This document shows, piece by piece, positions 19,946-28,770 of a stretch of 64,000 bases of DNA (its first letter is position 1; each line of letters begins with the position of its first letter). The notes beneath the pieces are model-generated. The model had not been told where the DNA came from. It ran no database searches and saw only the letters and a program-made list of their open reading frames with translations. Origin of the DNA: an uncultured delta proteobacterium (GTDB taxonomy: Bacteria > Desulfobacterota > SM23-61); NCBI GenBank assembly GCA_963712535.1, contig CAVQIK010000012.1:88135-152134 (forward strand), read 5' to 3'. A program made the position numbers and the translations under genes.

Positions 19946-21715
19946 GTGAGCAACAAAGAAATTATCTTGCGCCATATGAATTTTACCTATCTGAAGGCCC
20001 CGCAACCTGTCCTCCAGGATATCAATTTAGAGATCGAGGCGGGCACGGTTACGGCCTTCGTAGGCCAGGTGGGATCGGGAAAATCTACCCTATTCAAGAC
20101 TCTGAATGGGCTTATTCCCTCCATCACCCCCGGGATCGTGCAAGGGGAGATCGTGGTTGCGGGCCAGGATGTTCATGGAAAAGACCCGGCTTTCATGGCC
20201 CAGTTTATCAACCTCGTCTTTGATGACCCAGTCCTGCAAATTGTTCAGTTAACCGCGGAGGAAGACGTCGCCTTCGGGCCTGCCAATCTCAACCTGCCCC
20301 GCGAAGAGGTATGGAAGAGAGTGTACAGCTCCATGGACCGGGTGGACCTCAAAGGTTTCGAAAAGCGCAACCCCCGGAGCATGTCGGGCGGAGAGCAGCA
20401 GCTTCTGGCGCTGGCGGGAATTCTGGCCATGCGTCCTCGAATCATTGGCCTGGACGAGCCGATCGCCATGCTGGATCCTCTGGGCAAAGCTAGAGTTCTG
20501 CGGTCCATCCGGGAACTGAAAGAAACCCAGGGAGCAACCATTCTCATCGCTGAATCCGGGACGGATATCGAAGCCATCTGTGAGTTTGCGGATCACATGG
20601 TCCTGATGGACAAAGGCCGCATCCTCGCCATGGGCAAACCGTCTGAATTGTTGGCCCGGCGCGAACTTGTTGAGGGGTCCAAGCTGAAGGTTCCTGAAGT
20701 GACAAGGATTGCCTGGAGCCTAAGATCCCCCGAATCCGCCGAAGAGGTCCCGGTGACTCTGGAGGGTGGACGCCGGTGGATCTCCTCGTTGCTGGACGCT
20801 TCAGGCCAAAAACCGGGCCCCCCCGATCCCCCGCGGCTGGCGCAGTCCCCGGCCCGGTCTGTTCCCGTGCCCAACGCCGAACCGGCGATCGAGGTAAAAA
20901 ATCTCCATCACGTATTTCCCGGGGACCCGCCGGTCCATGCCCTGAAAGGGATTAACCTGACCTTTGCCAAAGGAGAATTCGTGGCTCTTTTGGGGCAAAA
21001 TGGTTCCGGCAAGACCACCTTGGCCTTTCATCTGGTGGGCGTCGAGAAGCCCACGAACAAGGATGCCGCCATCCTCGTGGACGGGCTGGACGTGGTCCGG
21101 TCCCCGCTTTCCAAAGTGGTACGGCGCATCAATTACCTTTTCCAGAACCCCGCCAACCAGTTGTTCTGCCAGACCTTCGGCCAGGAGGTGAGCTTCGGGC
21201 CTCAGGCCCTGGGGTCCAGCCCCGAAGAATCCCTGGAGAAAGGCCGGGCCGCTTTACGCCAAGTGGGGCTGGAGCATCTCTGGGAATATTACACTCTGAG
21301 CGTGGTCAAATCTTTAGAGACCCTCTTGAGCCTGGCGTCGATCTTGGCCATGGACCCCCAGATCCTCATCGCCGACGAGCCAACGGGAGGACTGGACTAC
21401 ACAACGGGTATGAAAGTAATGGAAATACTGCTGGATCTGAATAGCCGAGGGCGCACCGTTATCGTGATCACTCACGATATGGAACTGGCAGCCAAGTATT
21501 GCCGTCGGGTGGTGGTCCTCCGCCGCGGCGAAGTATGGATGGATGGGACCCCCCAAGAAGTATTCGGCCAGCCTGAGCGCCTGGCCCAGACCCGCCTCTC
21601 CCCCCCTCAGGTTACTCTTCTGGCCCAAAGCCTGCCTGGTTACGGCTTTCCCAACGATATTTTGAGTACCGAGGAATTCGTGGCCAGGGTCCAATCAGGG
21701 ATGGTAGCACATTAG
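19946..21715 (+). CDS. ECF/CbiO-type ABC ATPase with two fused nucleotide-binding domains
   Basis: NBD1: GQVGSGKST, MSGGEQQ, LDEP. NBD2: GQNGSGKTT, ILIADEPTGGLD, VITHDM. The NBD2 signature is non-canonical (LSVVK). AAGGTGG at 19931-19937 favours GTG 19946 over 19934. Confidence 0.85.
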   Translation: MSNKEIILRHMNFTYLKAPQPVLQDINLEIEAGTVTAFVGQVGSGKSTLFKTLNGLIPSITPGIVQGEIVVAGQDVHGKDPAFMAQFINLVFDDPVLQIVQLTAEEDVAFGPANLNLPREEVWKRVYSSMDRVDLKGFEKRNPRSMSGGEQQLLALAGILAMRPRIIGLDEPIAMLDPLGKARVLRSIRELKETQGATILIAESGTDIEAICEFADHMVLMDKGRILAMGKPSELLARRELVEGSKLKVPEVTRIAWSLRSPESAEEVPVTLEGGRRWISSLLDASGQKPGPPDPPRLAQSPARSVPVPNAEPAIEVKNLHHVFPGDPPVHALKGINLTFAKGEFVALLGQNGSGKTTLAFHLVGVEKPTNKDAAILVDGLDVVRSPLSKVVRRINYLFQNPANQLFCQTFGQEVSFGPQALGSSPEESLEKGRAALRQVGLEHLWEYYTLSVVKSLETLLSLASILAMDPQILIADEPTGGLDYTTGMKVMEILLDLNSRGRTVIVITHDMELAAKYCRRVVVLRRGEVWMDGTPQEVFGQPERLAQTRLSPPQVTLLAQSLPGYGFPNDILSTEEFVARVQSGMVAH

Positions 21716-21727
21716 CAGGAGAAAAAT

Positions 21728-22573
21728 ATGGCCGTAGCACCTTTTCAGTATGAATTTCATAACACGGTTATTCACCGGCTCAACCCCTTGAGCAAGATTC
21801 TCTTGTTCGGGGCTTTCCTGATCCTGGCCGGTGTTTACCTGGATCCGCGCGTAAAGATCCCCATGCTGGTAGTTCTCGGCGTCATCCTGGCTCTGGCCAG
21901 GATGCCTTTCCGCCCCTACCGGGCGATTTTATTGATTGCTTCTTTCGCGGTAATCGTGGGTCAATCCTATACGGCGGTTTTAATGGTGAACCCGGACTAC
22001 TTCAAAGTGTACGACCCCCAATGGGTCAGTACGGTGATTCTGGAGCTTCTTCCGCCCGGTTTCCCGGTCTTCGGCCGGGCCGCCATCACCTATGGGGCCC
22101 TTCTCTACCTGGTTTCTTTCCCTTTGCAGGTAATCCCCGTCGTCCTCAGCGTGGCCGGGTTGTTGCACACCACCTCCCTCAGTGAGATTGTTTCCATTCT
22201 CTCCAGACTCAGGATGCCATTCCCGGTGATTTTCATGACCACCGTCGCCTTGCGGTTTGTCCCTGAAATTGTTGAAAAGCTCCGCCTCATCCAAAGGGCC
22301 CAATCCCTCCGGGGTTGGACCATGGAGACCCGAAATCCGATAAAAAAGATCGCCCTGCTAAAACCTCTTCTGGTTCCCCTCACCCGGAGCGTGATCCGTT
22401 CCGTGGACATTATCAGCATGTCCTGCAAGAACAGGGCTTTTGGCCTGGGTCCAGTGACCATCATGTCGAGCTTCAAGATGGGTCCCGCTGACTATGTGAT
22501 CAGCATTTCGGCGGTCGTCCTCACGATTTTGGGAATCTATGCTGCCTTTGCCTGGGATTTCGGTTCTTTGTGA
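21728..22573 (+). CDS. ECF transporter transmembrane (T) component, CbiQ/EcfT family
   Basis: 281-aa polytopic protein immediately after the ATPase. CbiQ-like features (RLNPLSKI start, ALRFVP...RA.SLRG helix). Confidence 0.8.
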   Translation: MAVAPFQYEFHNTVIHRLNPLSKILLFGAFLILAGVYLDPRVKIPMLVVLGVILALARMPFRPYRAILLIASFAVIVGQSYTAVLMVNPDYFKVYDPQWVSTVILELLPPGFPVFGRAAITYGALLYLVSFPLQVIPVVLSVAGLLHTTSLSEIVSILSRLRMPFPVIFMTTVALRFVPEIVEKLRLIQRAQSLRGWTMETRNPIKKIALLKPLLVPLTRSVIRSVDIISMSCKNRAFGLGPVTIMSSFKMGPADYVISISAVVLTILGIYAAFAWDFGSL

Positions 22574-22650
22574 GGTCCGTCTTGCTACTCAATGCGCATC
22601 ATCCCAGCGGCCCCGCAGTGGCGAAATAGGAGGAGGGAATCGTAGGCATC

Positions 22651-24174
22651 ATGGCCAGGCGCTTTCTCATGGTTTTGGATTTTGGAACGGGGGCGGGGCG
22701 CTGTTCGCTGGTCGAAGTCGAAGGGCGGGAAAGCTACTCTGCTCAACAGGAATGGGGGTTCGATGCTCCGCCGGAGGCCCAGCCGGGAGGATTCAGCTTC
22801 CCTCCGGAGAAGTTCTGGCGAATTCTGGGAGAGACCTCCAAAGCCGCCATGATGCGCGGGAACATCGAGCCGTCTCAGGTGGTTGCCGTCTCCGGCACCA
22901 GCATACGGGAAGGATTTGTGCTTCTGGACAGCTCTGGCCGGGAGATCTTCGCGGTGCCCAATCGAGATGCCCGCGCCCGGGTTGAGTCCCAAGAGATCGG
23001 GGAAAAGCTGGGACAAGCCTTGAACGATTCCTCCGGCCACTGGCCGGGACCGAATTTTGCCCCCCCACGCTTCCTGTGGCTGCGACGCCACCAACCAGAG
23101 GTGATCGAAAGGACCCGAACGCTTCTTATGATTAATGATTGGGTACTGTATCGCCTTTGCGGAGAGCTGGCCTGCGAGCCCACGAATGCGTCCGAAACTT
23201 CCTTATATGATATTAAAAATCATCGCTGGGATGAAAACTTGATTCGCACGTGCGAGATCCCCACCTCCTTTTTTCCCCGGATAGCCCGCTCCGGACAGGT
23301 TCTGGGAAGAGTGACCCGCTCTGCTTCAGAAGTCACCGGGCTGGCTCCGGGGACACCGGTGGTGGTGAGCGGGGCGGATACCCAGTGCGGCGTTCTGGGT
23401 TCAGGAGGATTGAGGGCGGGCGACGTGGTGGTGGTTGCCGGGACGTCGACGCCCATCCAGATGGTTCTCGACTCGCCGGTCATCGATGCCCGGGCGCGAA
23501 CCTGGACAGGGCCTCATGTTCTTGATGACCGTTGGGTCCTGGAGAGTAATGCCGGCATCACCGGGAGCGTTCTACGCTGGTTCCGGGATTCTTTCTGCCA
23601 GGAGGAAAAGGCAGCCGCGGGAAAACCCGGCGTGGATGCCTATGAGCTTATGGAACAGCGGGCCCGGAAATCTCCCATCGGCTCTTCGGGGGTGACGGCT
23701 CTCATGGGGCCCCGAATCATGAATGCCCGTTTGCTGATGGCTCCTTTCAAGCTTACCGGATTCTCTGTGGCCGTTCCCAGGTCCATGGTGGCCGAAGTGG
23801 ATAGCAAATGTCATTTTATCCGCTCGATCCTGGAGAGCTTTGCTTTCGCCACGCGTGGCAACTGCGAACAGTTGGAGGAAATCTCCGGGAAGAAGATCAA
23901 GCGTTTAATGGTGTGCGGCGGCAGTTCGGCCAGCGGCTTCTGGATGCAGATGCTCGCCGACAATCTGGGGATCCCGGCGGAACGACCCTGGGAGAAGGAA
24001 GCAAGTTCCCTGGGCGCAGCCGCCTGTGCCGGGGTAGGGGTGAAGGAGTATACGGATTTTTCCCAGGGAATCAAGTTGCTGGTGAAGCCTGGGGATCGAT
24101 TTGAGCCGCAAGCGGAAACCCGGGCGCCTTACGATGCTGCCTACCGGCGATGGCTGGGTTTTTTTAACTCGTAG
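22651..24174 (+). CDS. FGGY-family carbohydrate kinase (LsrK / ketose-kinase-like)
   Basis: LDFGTGAGR N-terminal phosphate loop. VAVSGTSIREGFVLLDSSGREIFAVPNRDARA resembles the LsrK-type pattern. C-terminal GGSSASGFW. Confidence 0.85.
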   Translation: MARRFLMVLDFGTGAGRCSLVEVEGRESYSAQQEWGFDAPPEAQPGGFSFPPEKFWRILGETSKAAMMRGNIEPSQVVAVSGTSIREGFVLLDSSGREIFAVPNRDARARVESQEIGEKLGQALNDSSGHWPGPNFAPPRFLWLRRHQPEVIERTRTLLMINDWVLYRLCGELACEPTNASETSLYDIKNHRWDENLIRTCEIPTSFFPRIARSGQVLGRVTRSASEVTGLAPGTPVVVSGADTQCGVLGSGGLRAGDVVVVAGTSTPIQMVLDSPVIDARARTWTGPHVLDDRWVLESNAGITGSVLRWFRDSFCQEEKAAAGKPGVDAYELMEQRARKSPIGSSGVTALMGPRIMNARLLMAPFKLTGFSVAVPRSMVAEVDSKCHFIRSILESFAFATRGNCEQLEEISGKKIKRLMVCGGSSASGFWMQMLADNLGIPAERPWEKEASSLGAAACAGVGVKEYTDFSQGIKLLVKPGDRFEPQAETRAPYDAAYRRWLGFFNS

Positions 24175-24250
24175 GAGTTTCCGGGCTCGATGTCCAGGGA
24201 TTCATGAATCCCTTGGTGACGGGAGAAGATGGGAAAGCGAGGCAATCAGA

Positions 24251-25288
24251 ATGAAGGTGCTTTTTTCGGGAAGGTTTGATGCTCAAGTTGTACAGCGGGT
24301 GGAAAAGGATTGGAACGTCAAATGGCTTCCTCCCAAACAAGGGCAATGGGGGCTGACCGAAGCGGAGCTCATCTCCGAATTGCAGGATGTGGATGTACTG
24401 GTCAGCGAGGCGGATTCCGTTACCGCCAAGGTATTCGCTTCCGTCCCCCATCTGAAAGCGGTGATCGCCACCCGGGGGAACCCGGTGAATGTGGAGGTAG
24501 CCGCGGCCACCTCCGATGGCGTGCTGGTCGCCTACGCGCCCGGACGGAACGCGCAGGCGGTGGCGGAGTTGTGTATAGCGCTGATGATCATGGTCTCCCG
24601 TAATGTAGTTCCGGCCATGGAAGCTCTACGCAGTGGCCAATGGGCCAGCGCTCCCAAGGCCTGGGCCTACCGGACGTTCCAGGGATATGAACTGGGCGGC
24701 CGGACGGCGGGCCTGGTAGGGTTGGGGTCCGTAGCCCGGATGGTGGCCAAGCGGCTGGCGGCCTTTGACATGAAGATATTGGCTTATGATCCTTATATCT
24801 CTCAGGCACTGGCTGATTCGGCCGGGGCTCAACTTGTGCCGATGGACAAACTATTGCAAGAAGCCGACTTCGTCTCCATGCACGTCCACGTTACCGATGA
24901 AACCCGGGGCATGATCGGCGCCCGGCAGTTTGCCCTCATGAAGCCCACGGCTTTCTTCATCAACACGGGAAGAGCCGGTGCAGTTGAAGAAAGGGCCCTG
25001 ATGGATGCGTTGCGGCAAAAGCGCATCGCGGGGGCCGCCCTCGACGTCTATCACCAGGAGCCGCTGCCTGCGGACAGCCCTCTCCTCGGTCTGCCCAATG
25101 TTGTGCTGTTGCCGCATATCGGAGGCGCCACGCAAGATGTCATTCAGCATCAATCCACGATCGCCGAAACCAACTTGCAGGGCCTACGCGCCGGCCGGGT
25201 GCCCCCCTATTTATTCAACCCCGAAGTTCTGAAGAGCCCTCGCCTTCGAATGGCTCTTAAAAATAAGGAAAAAGGGAGTGTGCCATGA
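24251..25288 (+). CDS. D-isomer-specific 2-hydroxyacid dehydrogenase family (PGDH-like)
   Basis: NAD-binding GLVGLGSVARMVAKRL. Catalytic-region strings (SMHVHVT, FINTGRAG, LDVY..EP, LPHIGGAT). Start taken at MKVLFSG (24251). Confidence 0.85.
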   Translation: MKVLFSGRFDAQVVQRVEKDWNVKWLPPKQGQWGLTEAELISELQDVDVLVSEADSVTAKVFASVPHLKAVIATRGNPVNVEVAAATSDGVLVAYAPGRNAQAVAELCIALMIMVSRNVVPAMEALRSGQWASAPKAWAYRTFQGYELGGRTAGLVGLGSVARMVAKRLAAFDMKILAYDPYISQALADSAGAQLVPMDKLLQEADFVSMHVHVTDETRGMIGARQFALMKPTAFFINTGRAGAVEERALMDALRQKRIAGAALDVYHQEPLPADSPLLGLPNVVLLPHIGGATQDVIQHQSTIAETNLQGLRAGRVPPYLFNPEVLKSPRLRMALKNKEKGSVP

Positions 25289-25932
25289 AATACGAAAAAA
25301 TCCGCGAAGAGATCGTAGCGACGGCTAAGCAGATGTTAGAAGAAGGTCTGGTCACTTTAACTGCGGGCAATATCAGCATGCGCATCCCCGGGGAAGAATT
25401 GGTGGCCATTACTCCCACGGGCCGGCCCTATACCACGATGAAGCCGGAGGAGGTGTCCATTGTCAATCTTTCCTGCAATATGCTAGACGGGGAGTGCAAA
25501 CCATCGTCGGAGGCACCCATGCATACGATGGTCTTCCGGCAGAGGCCTGAAATCAATGCTGTGGTGCACACCCACTCGCCCTATGCCCTCGCTTTTGCGG
25601 TAGCTCACAAAGAGATCCCCTTGATCTGCATCGAGGGGCTTTCCACGAAAGCCATGTGCGTTCTGGTGGCGGATTACGGAGTTCCAGGCACGGAGGAAAT
25701 CGGGCGAAAAGCCCTGGAGGCTCTGAACCGGCAGCCGGGTTCTCTGGCCGTACTCCTGGCCAACCATGGCCTTCTGACCATCGGAAAATCCTTGGAGGAA
25801 GCCTATGGGATCGCCAGTAAAGTGGAGACCGAAGCCAGGATCTATCAGCTGGCCCTGAACATCGGTCCGCCGGTTCCCATGACCGCCGAACAGGTGCAAG
25901 CCATCCGCAGCAGATACGAAACTAAAAAGTAG
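25285..25932 (+). CDS. class II aldolase/adducin-family protein (FucA/RhaD/AraD-like)
   Basis: TAGNISMR, PSSEAPMH, VVHTHSPYA motifs. Its ATG overlaps the upstream stop (ATGA). Confidence 0.85.
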   Translation: MKYEKIREEIVATAKQMLEEGLVTLTAGNISMRIPGEELVAITPTGRPYTTMKPEEVSIVNLSCNMLDGECKPSSEAPMHTMVFRQRPEINAVVHTHSPYALAFAVAHKEIPLICIEGLSTKAMCVLVADYGVPGTEEIGRKALEALNRQPGSLAVLLANHGLLTIGKSLEEAYGIASKVETEARIYQLALNIGPPVPMTAEQVQAIRSRYETKK

Positions 25933-26123
25933 TCCCTCGCATTACATCTCACGCCGAAGGGTGTGGGAGGCCTTGCTCCTGCACCCTTTTGTAACCTCCG
26001 GGTATTATATCTATTTCTTCTCGTCCTTCTGAATCCCTGTTCATCCTGCAGGGCGATGTTCATCCATGCTATAGTTTCATCTTTGAAGGAAGGAGATCCG
26101 GCTGTTGAGGATGGAGAAGAGAA

Positions 26124-27365
26124 ATGGCCTTAAGGTTCTTCCCCGGCTGGATGATTGTCGCCGCAGGGTTCCTGATCCTCATGGTCTCCTGGGGGAGCCA
26201 GTTCGCGTTCAGTGTATTCTTCGTTCCCTTGACGCGGGAGTTTGGGTGGGACCGGGCGAGCACGGCCGGGATCTTTTCCCTCAGCATCCTGATTTTTGGC
26301 CTGGGTTCGATCTTCGCCGGCAGGATGGCTGACCGATGGGGAGCCCGATGGGTGGTCGGGTTGGGCGGGCTCTTCTTATCGGGGGGGCTCCTCCTGAGCG
26401 CTGCCGTCCGGAGCCTGTGGCAGCTTTACCTCTGCTACGGAGTCCTGATGGGGCTGGGGGTCAGCGCCGGGTGGGGGCCTCTTACGGCCGCGGTTTCCCG
26501 CTGGTTCCACGCCGGCCGCGGGCTGGCCATGGGCATCATGTCCCTCGGGATCAGCGTCGGGATCCTCGCCATCCCTCTTCTATCCAGCAGCTTGATCTCC
26601 GCTTTCGGGTGGAGGGCGTCTTTCGTCATTCTGGGGATCCTCGCGGGAGTGATCATGATCGGCTCCACTTTCCTGATCAAGAAGGATCCCCCCGCAGAGG
26701 AACCGGGAGCGGCGCAAAATGTGGCGCGGCCGGAGGCAAACCCAAGCACCCCTTCGAAAAACTGGAACCTGAAAGAAGCCCTCACCACCCGAACTTTCTG
26801 GATGCTTTTTGCCGGGTATCTCCTCTGGTGCACGGGGTTCTACATGGTCTCCATCCACCTGGCTGCATACGGAACGGATCTGGGCCTCTCCCCCGCAGCG
26901 GCAGCCATGGCGGTCAGCCTGATCGGCGGAGGAAGCATCTTCGGAAAGATTTTCATGGGCTACCTCTCCGACCGGATCGGCCCCCAAAAAGTGCTGATCA
27001 TGAACCTTTTCCTTCAAGGCCTCTGTATCTTTGGCCTGATCTCTTCCCGGAGCATCGTTCCACTTTACGTCCTTTCGGCCCTCTTCGGCTTTGGCTACGG
27101 GGGAACAGGTCCTCAAATGCCGGTGGTCACGGCCAAATTTTTCGGGATCTCCTCCATCGGGACTATCTTCGGGGTGCTGATTTTGTCCGGCCAGATCGGG
27201 GGAGCGATCGGCCCGCTCCTGGCCGGCAAAATCTTCGATCAAACGCAAAGCTACCTTCTGGGGTTCTCCTTGGGGGGGATCACCGTCCTGCTCGCTTTCG
27301 TCCTGGTGCTCCTGCTGAAGGCCCCGGTGCGGATTTCCGCCGGGCCCAAAAGGACGGGTTTATAA
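26124..27365 (+). CDS. MFS transporter (oxalate/formate antiporter or monocarboxylate-like)
   Basis: About 12 TM segments. G-R-M-A-D-R-W-G-A-R loop motif after TM2. 413 aa. Confidence 0.85.
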   Translation: MALRFFPGWMIVAAGFLILMVSWGSQFAFSVFFVPLTREFGWDRASTAGIFSLSILIFGLGSIFAGRMADRWGARWVVGLGGLFLSGGLLLSAAVRSLWQLYLCYGVLMGLGVSAGWGPLTAAVSRWFHAGRGLAMGIMSLGISVGILAIPLLSSSLISAFGWRASFVILGILAGVIMIGSTFLIKKDPPAEEPGAAQNVARPEANPSTPSKNWNLKEALTTRTFWMLFAGYLLWCTGFYMVSIHLAAYGTDLGLSPAAAAMAVSLIGGGSIFGKIFMGYLSDRIGPQKVLIMNLFLQGLCIFGLISSRSIVPLYVLSALFGFGYGGTGPQMPVVTAKFFGISSIGTIFGVLILSGQIGGAIGPLLAGKIFDQTQSYLLGFSLGGITVLLAFVLVLLLKAPVRISAGPKRTGL

Positions 27366-27478
27366 TTTCCCGACGCCGGGGTAAAATAAGAATCGGCCAA
27401 GGCCTACAAAAAATTTCATCTTAGTTTGACGCCAAAACCGGTCTCGTAAATTTCTCGGCCGGAAACTTCAAGAAGAGG

Positions 27479-28523
27479 ATGAAACCACAGAAAATGCGCA
27501 CCCTGACCGAAACCCCTCTAAACGCCGAAACTCCTGTTGAATCCCTTCGCTCCTGGATCACGGCAAATTCGGTCTTTTTCCACCGCAACCAGTCGGAGAT
27601 GAAATCAGCGGTTTCCCTCGGCGAATGGCGGCTGAAGGTGGAAGGGGAAGTGGAGATCCCGCGGGAATTCACATTCGAGGAGATTCTTCGCCTGCCCAAG
27701 GCCATTGCCGCAGATACGTTGGAATGCGCAGGGAATGGCCGGGGCCTCCTGAAAGAGAAGGCCAGCGGAAATCCCTGGACCATCGGCGGCGCTGGAAATG
27801 CGGTTTGGGGCGGAGTGTGGCTTAAGGATATCCTGCAGCCCGCCGGTCTGAAGAAAACCGCCCGCCACGCGGCCTTCGAGGGTCTCGACGAGCCTCTGGG
27901 CTCAGCCAGGATCAAATTCATCCGCAGCATCCCGCTGGAAAAGGCAATGAGCTCGACCCTCCTGGCCTATGAAATGAACGGGGAGCCCCTTCCGCTGCCC
28001 CATGGATTTCCCGTGCGGGTCCTGGCCCTTGGCTGGGTAGGCGCCAGCTGCTGCAAATGGCTCACAAGAATAACGGTTACGGATCGCCCGTTCGAAGGCC
28101 ACTACATGGACAAGGTCTACCGCATATACCAAAAGGGGGAAGACCCCGGGTCCGGGGTGGTGACGACGGCAATCCCGCTCAAAGCCTTTATCACCCAACC
28201 CGTCCAGGGGGAGAACCTGGAACGAGGGAGGATCTCCGTCCTGGGGGTGGCTTACGGCGGGCAGGCGGAGATCGCCCGGGTCGAAATTTCCGTTGATGGA
28301 GGCAGGACCTGGTCTTCCGCGGAATGGATCGGACCCAACAGAACCGTTTGCCTGGCGTCACTGGCAGTACATCTGGAGTCCGGAGGTAAGTGGAGAGTAC
28401 CGTCTCATGGCCCGGGCCACGGATTCCAGCGGGAATCAGCAGCCCATGAACGCCAAATGGAATGTTCTGGGCTACGGGAATAACGGAGTCGAAGAACATT
28501 CGATAACCGTGCACATCAGGTAA
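27479..28523 (+). pseudogene. sulfite-oxidase-fold molybdopterin oxidoreductase, one frameshift near the C-terminal domain
   Basis: Moco-domain strings (LECAGNGR, GAGNAVWGGV, HGFPVRVLALGW.GASCCKWL). The dimerisation domain continues in another frame (EPFAWRHWQYIWSPEVSGEYRLMARATDSSGNQQP). Extra base near 28340. No obvious Tat or Sec signal. Confidence 0.8.
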
Positions 28524-28567
28524 AGCCGATTTCGCGAATCGCCCAACAGTTTTTGGTATTAATTCAC

Positions 28568-28713
28568 GTTTGAAAGAGATCCCAGAAATCCCTCCCAACC
28601 TCCCTTTTCCAAAGGGAGGAGATATACTTTCCCCCTTTGAAAAAGGGGGATTAAGGGGGATTTCTGAAGTTTCCTGCCCATTTTGGAACATTTTTTGGGG
28701 CTAAACAGTTACA
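28568..28713 (+). repeat. family-A nested-hairpin intergenic repeat, copy A1
   Basis: Nearly identical to 45507..45655 and inverted relative to 42822..42975. Outer stem CAGAAATCCC/GGGATTTCTG encloses two hairpins (CCTCCC-ttttccaaa-GGGAGG and TCCCCC-tttgaaaaa-GGGGGA). Ends with GGCTAAACAGTTAC. Confidence 0.85.
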
Positions 28714-28770
28714 ATTTCGGAAGGTTTTTCGTAGGCCTAAACAAACACAGTTCTTTAAGGAGAAAAAACT

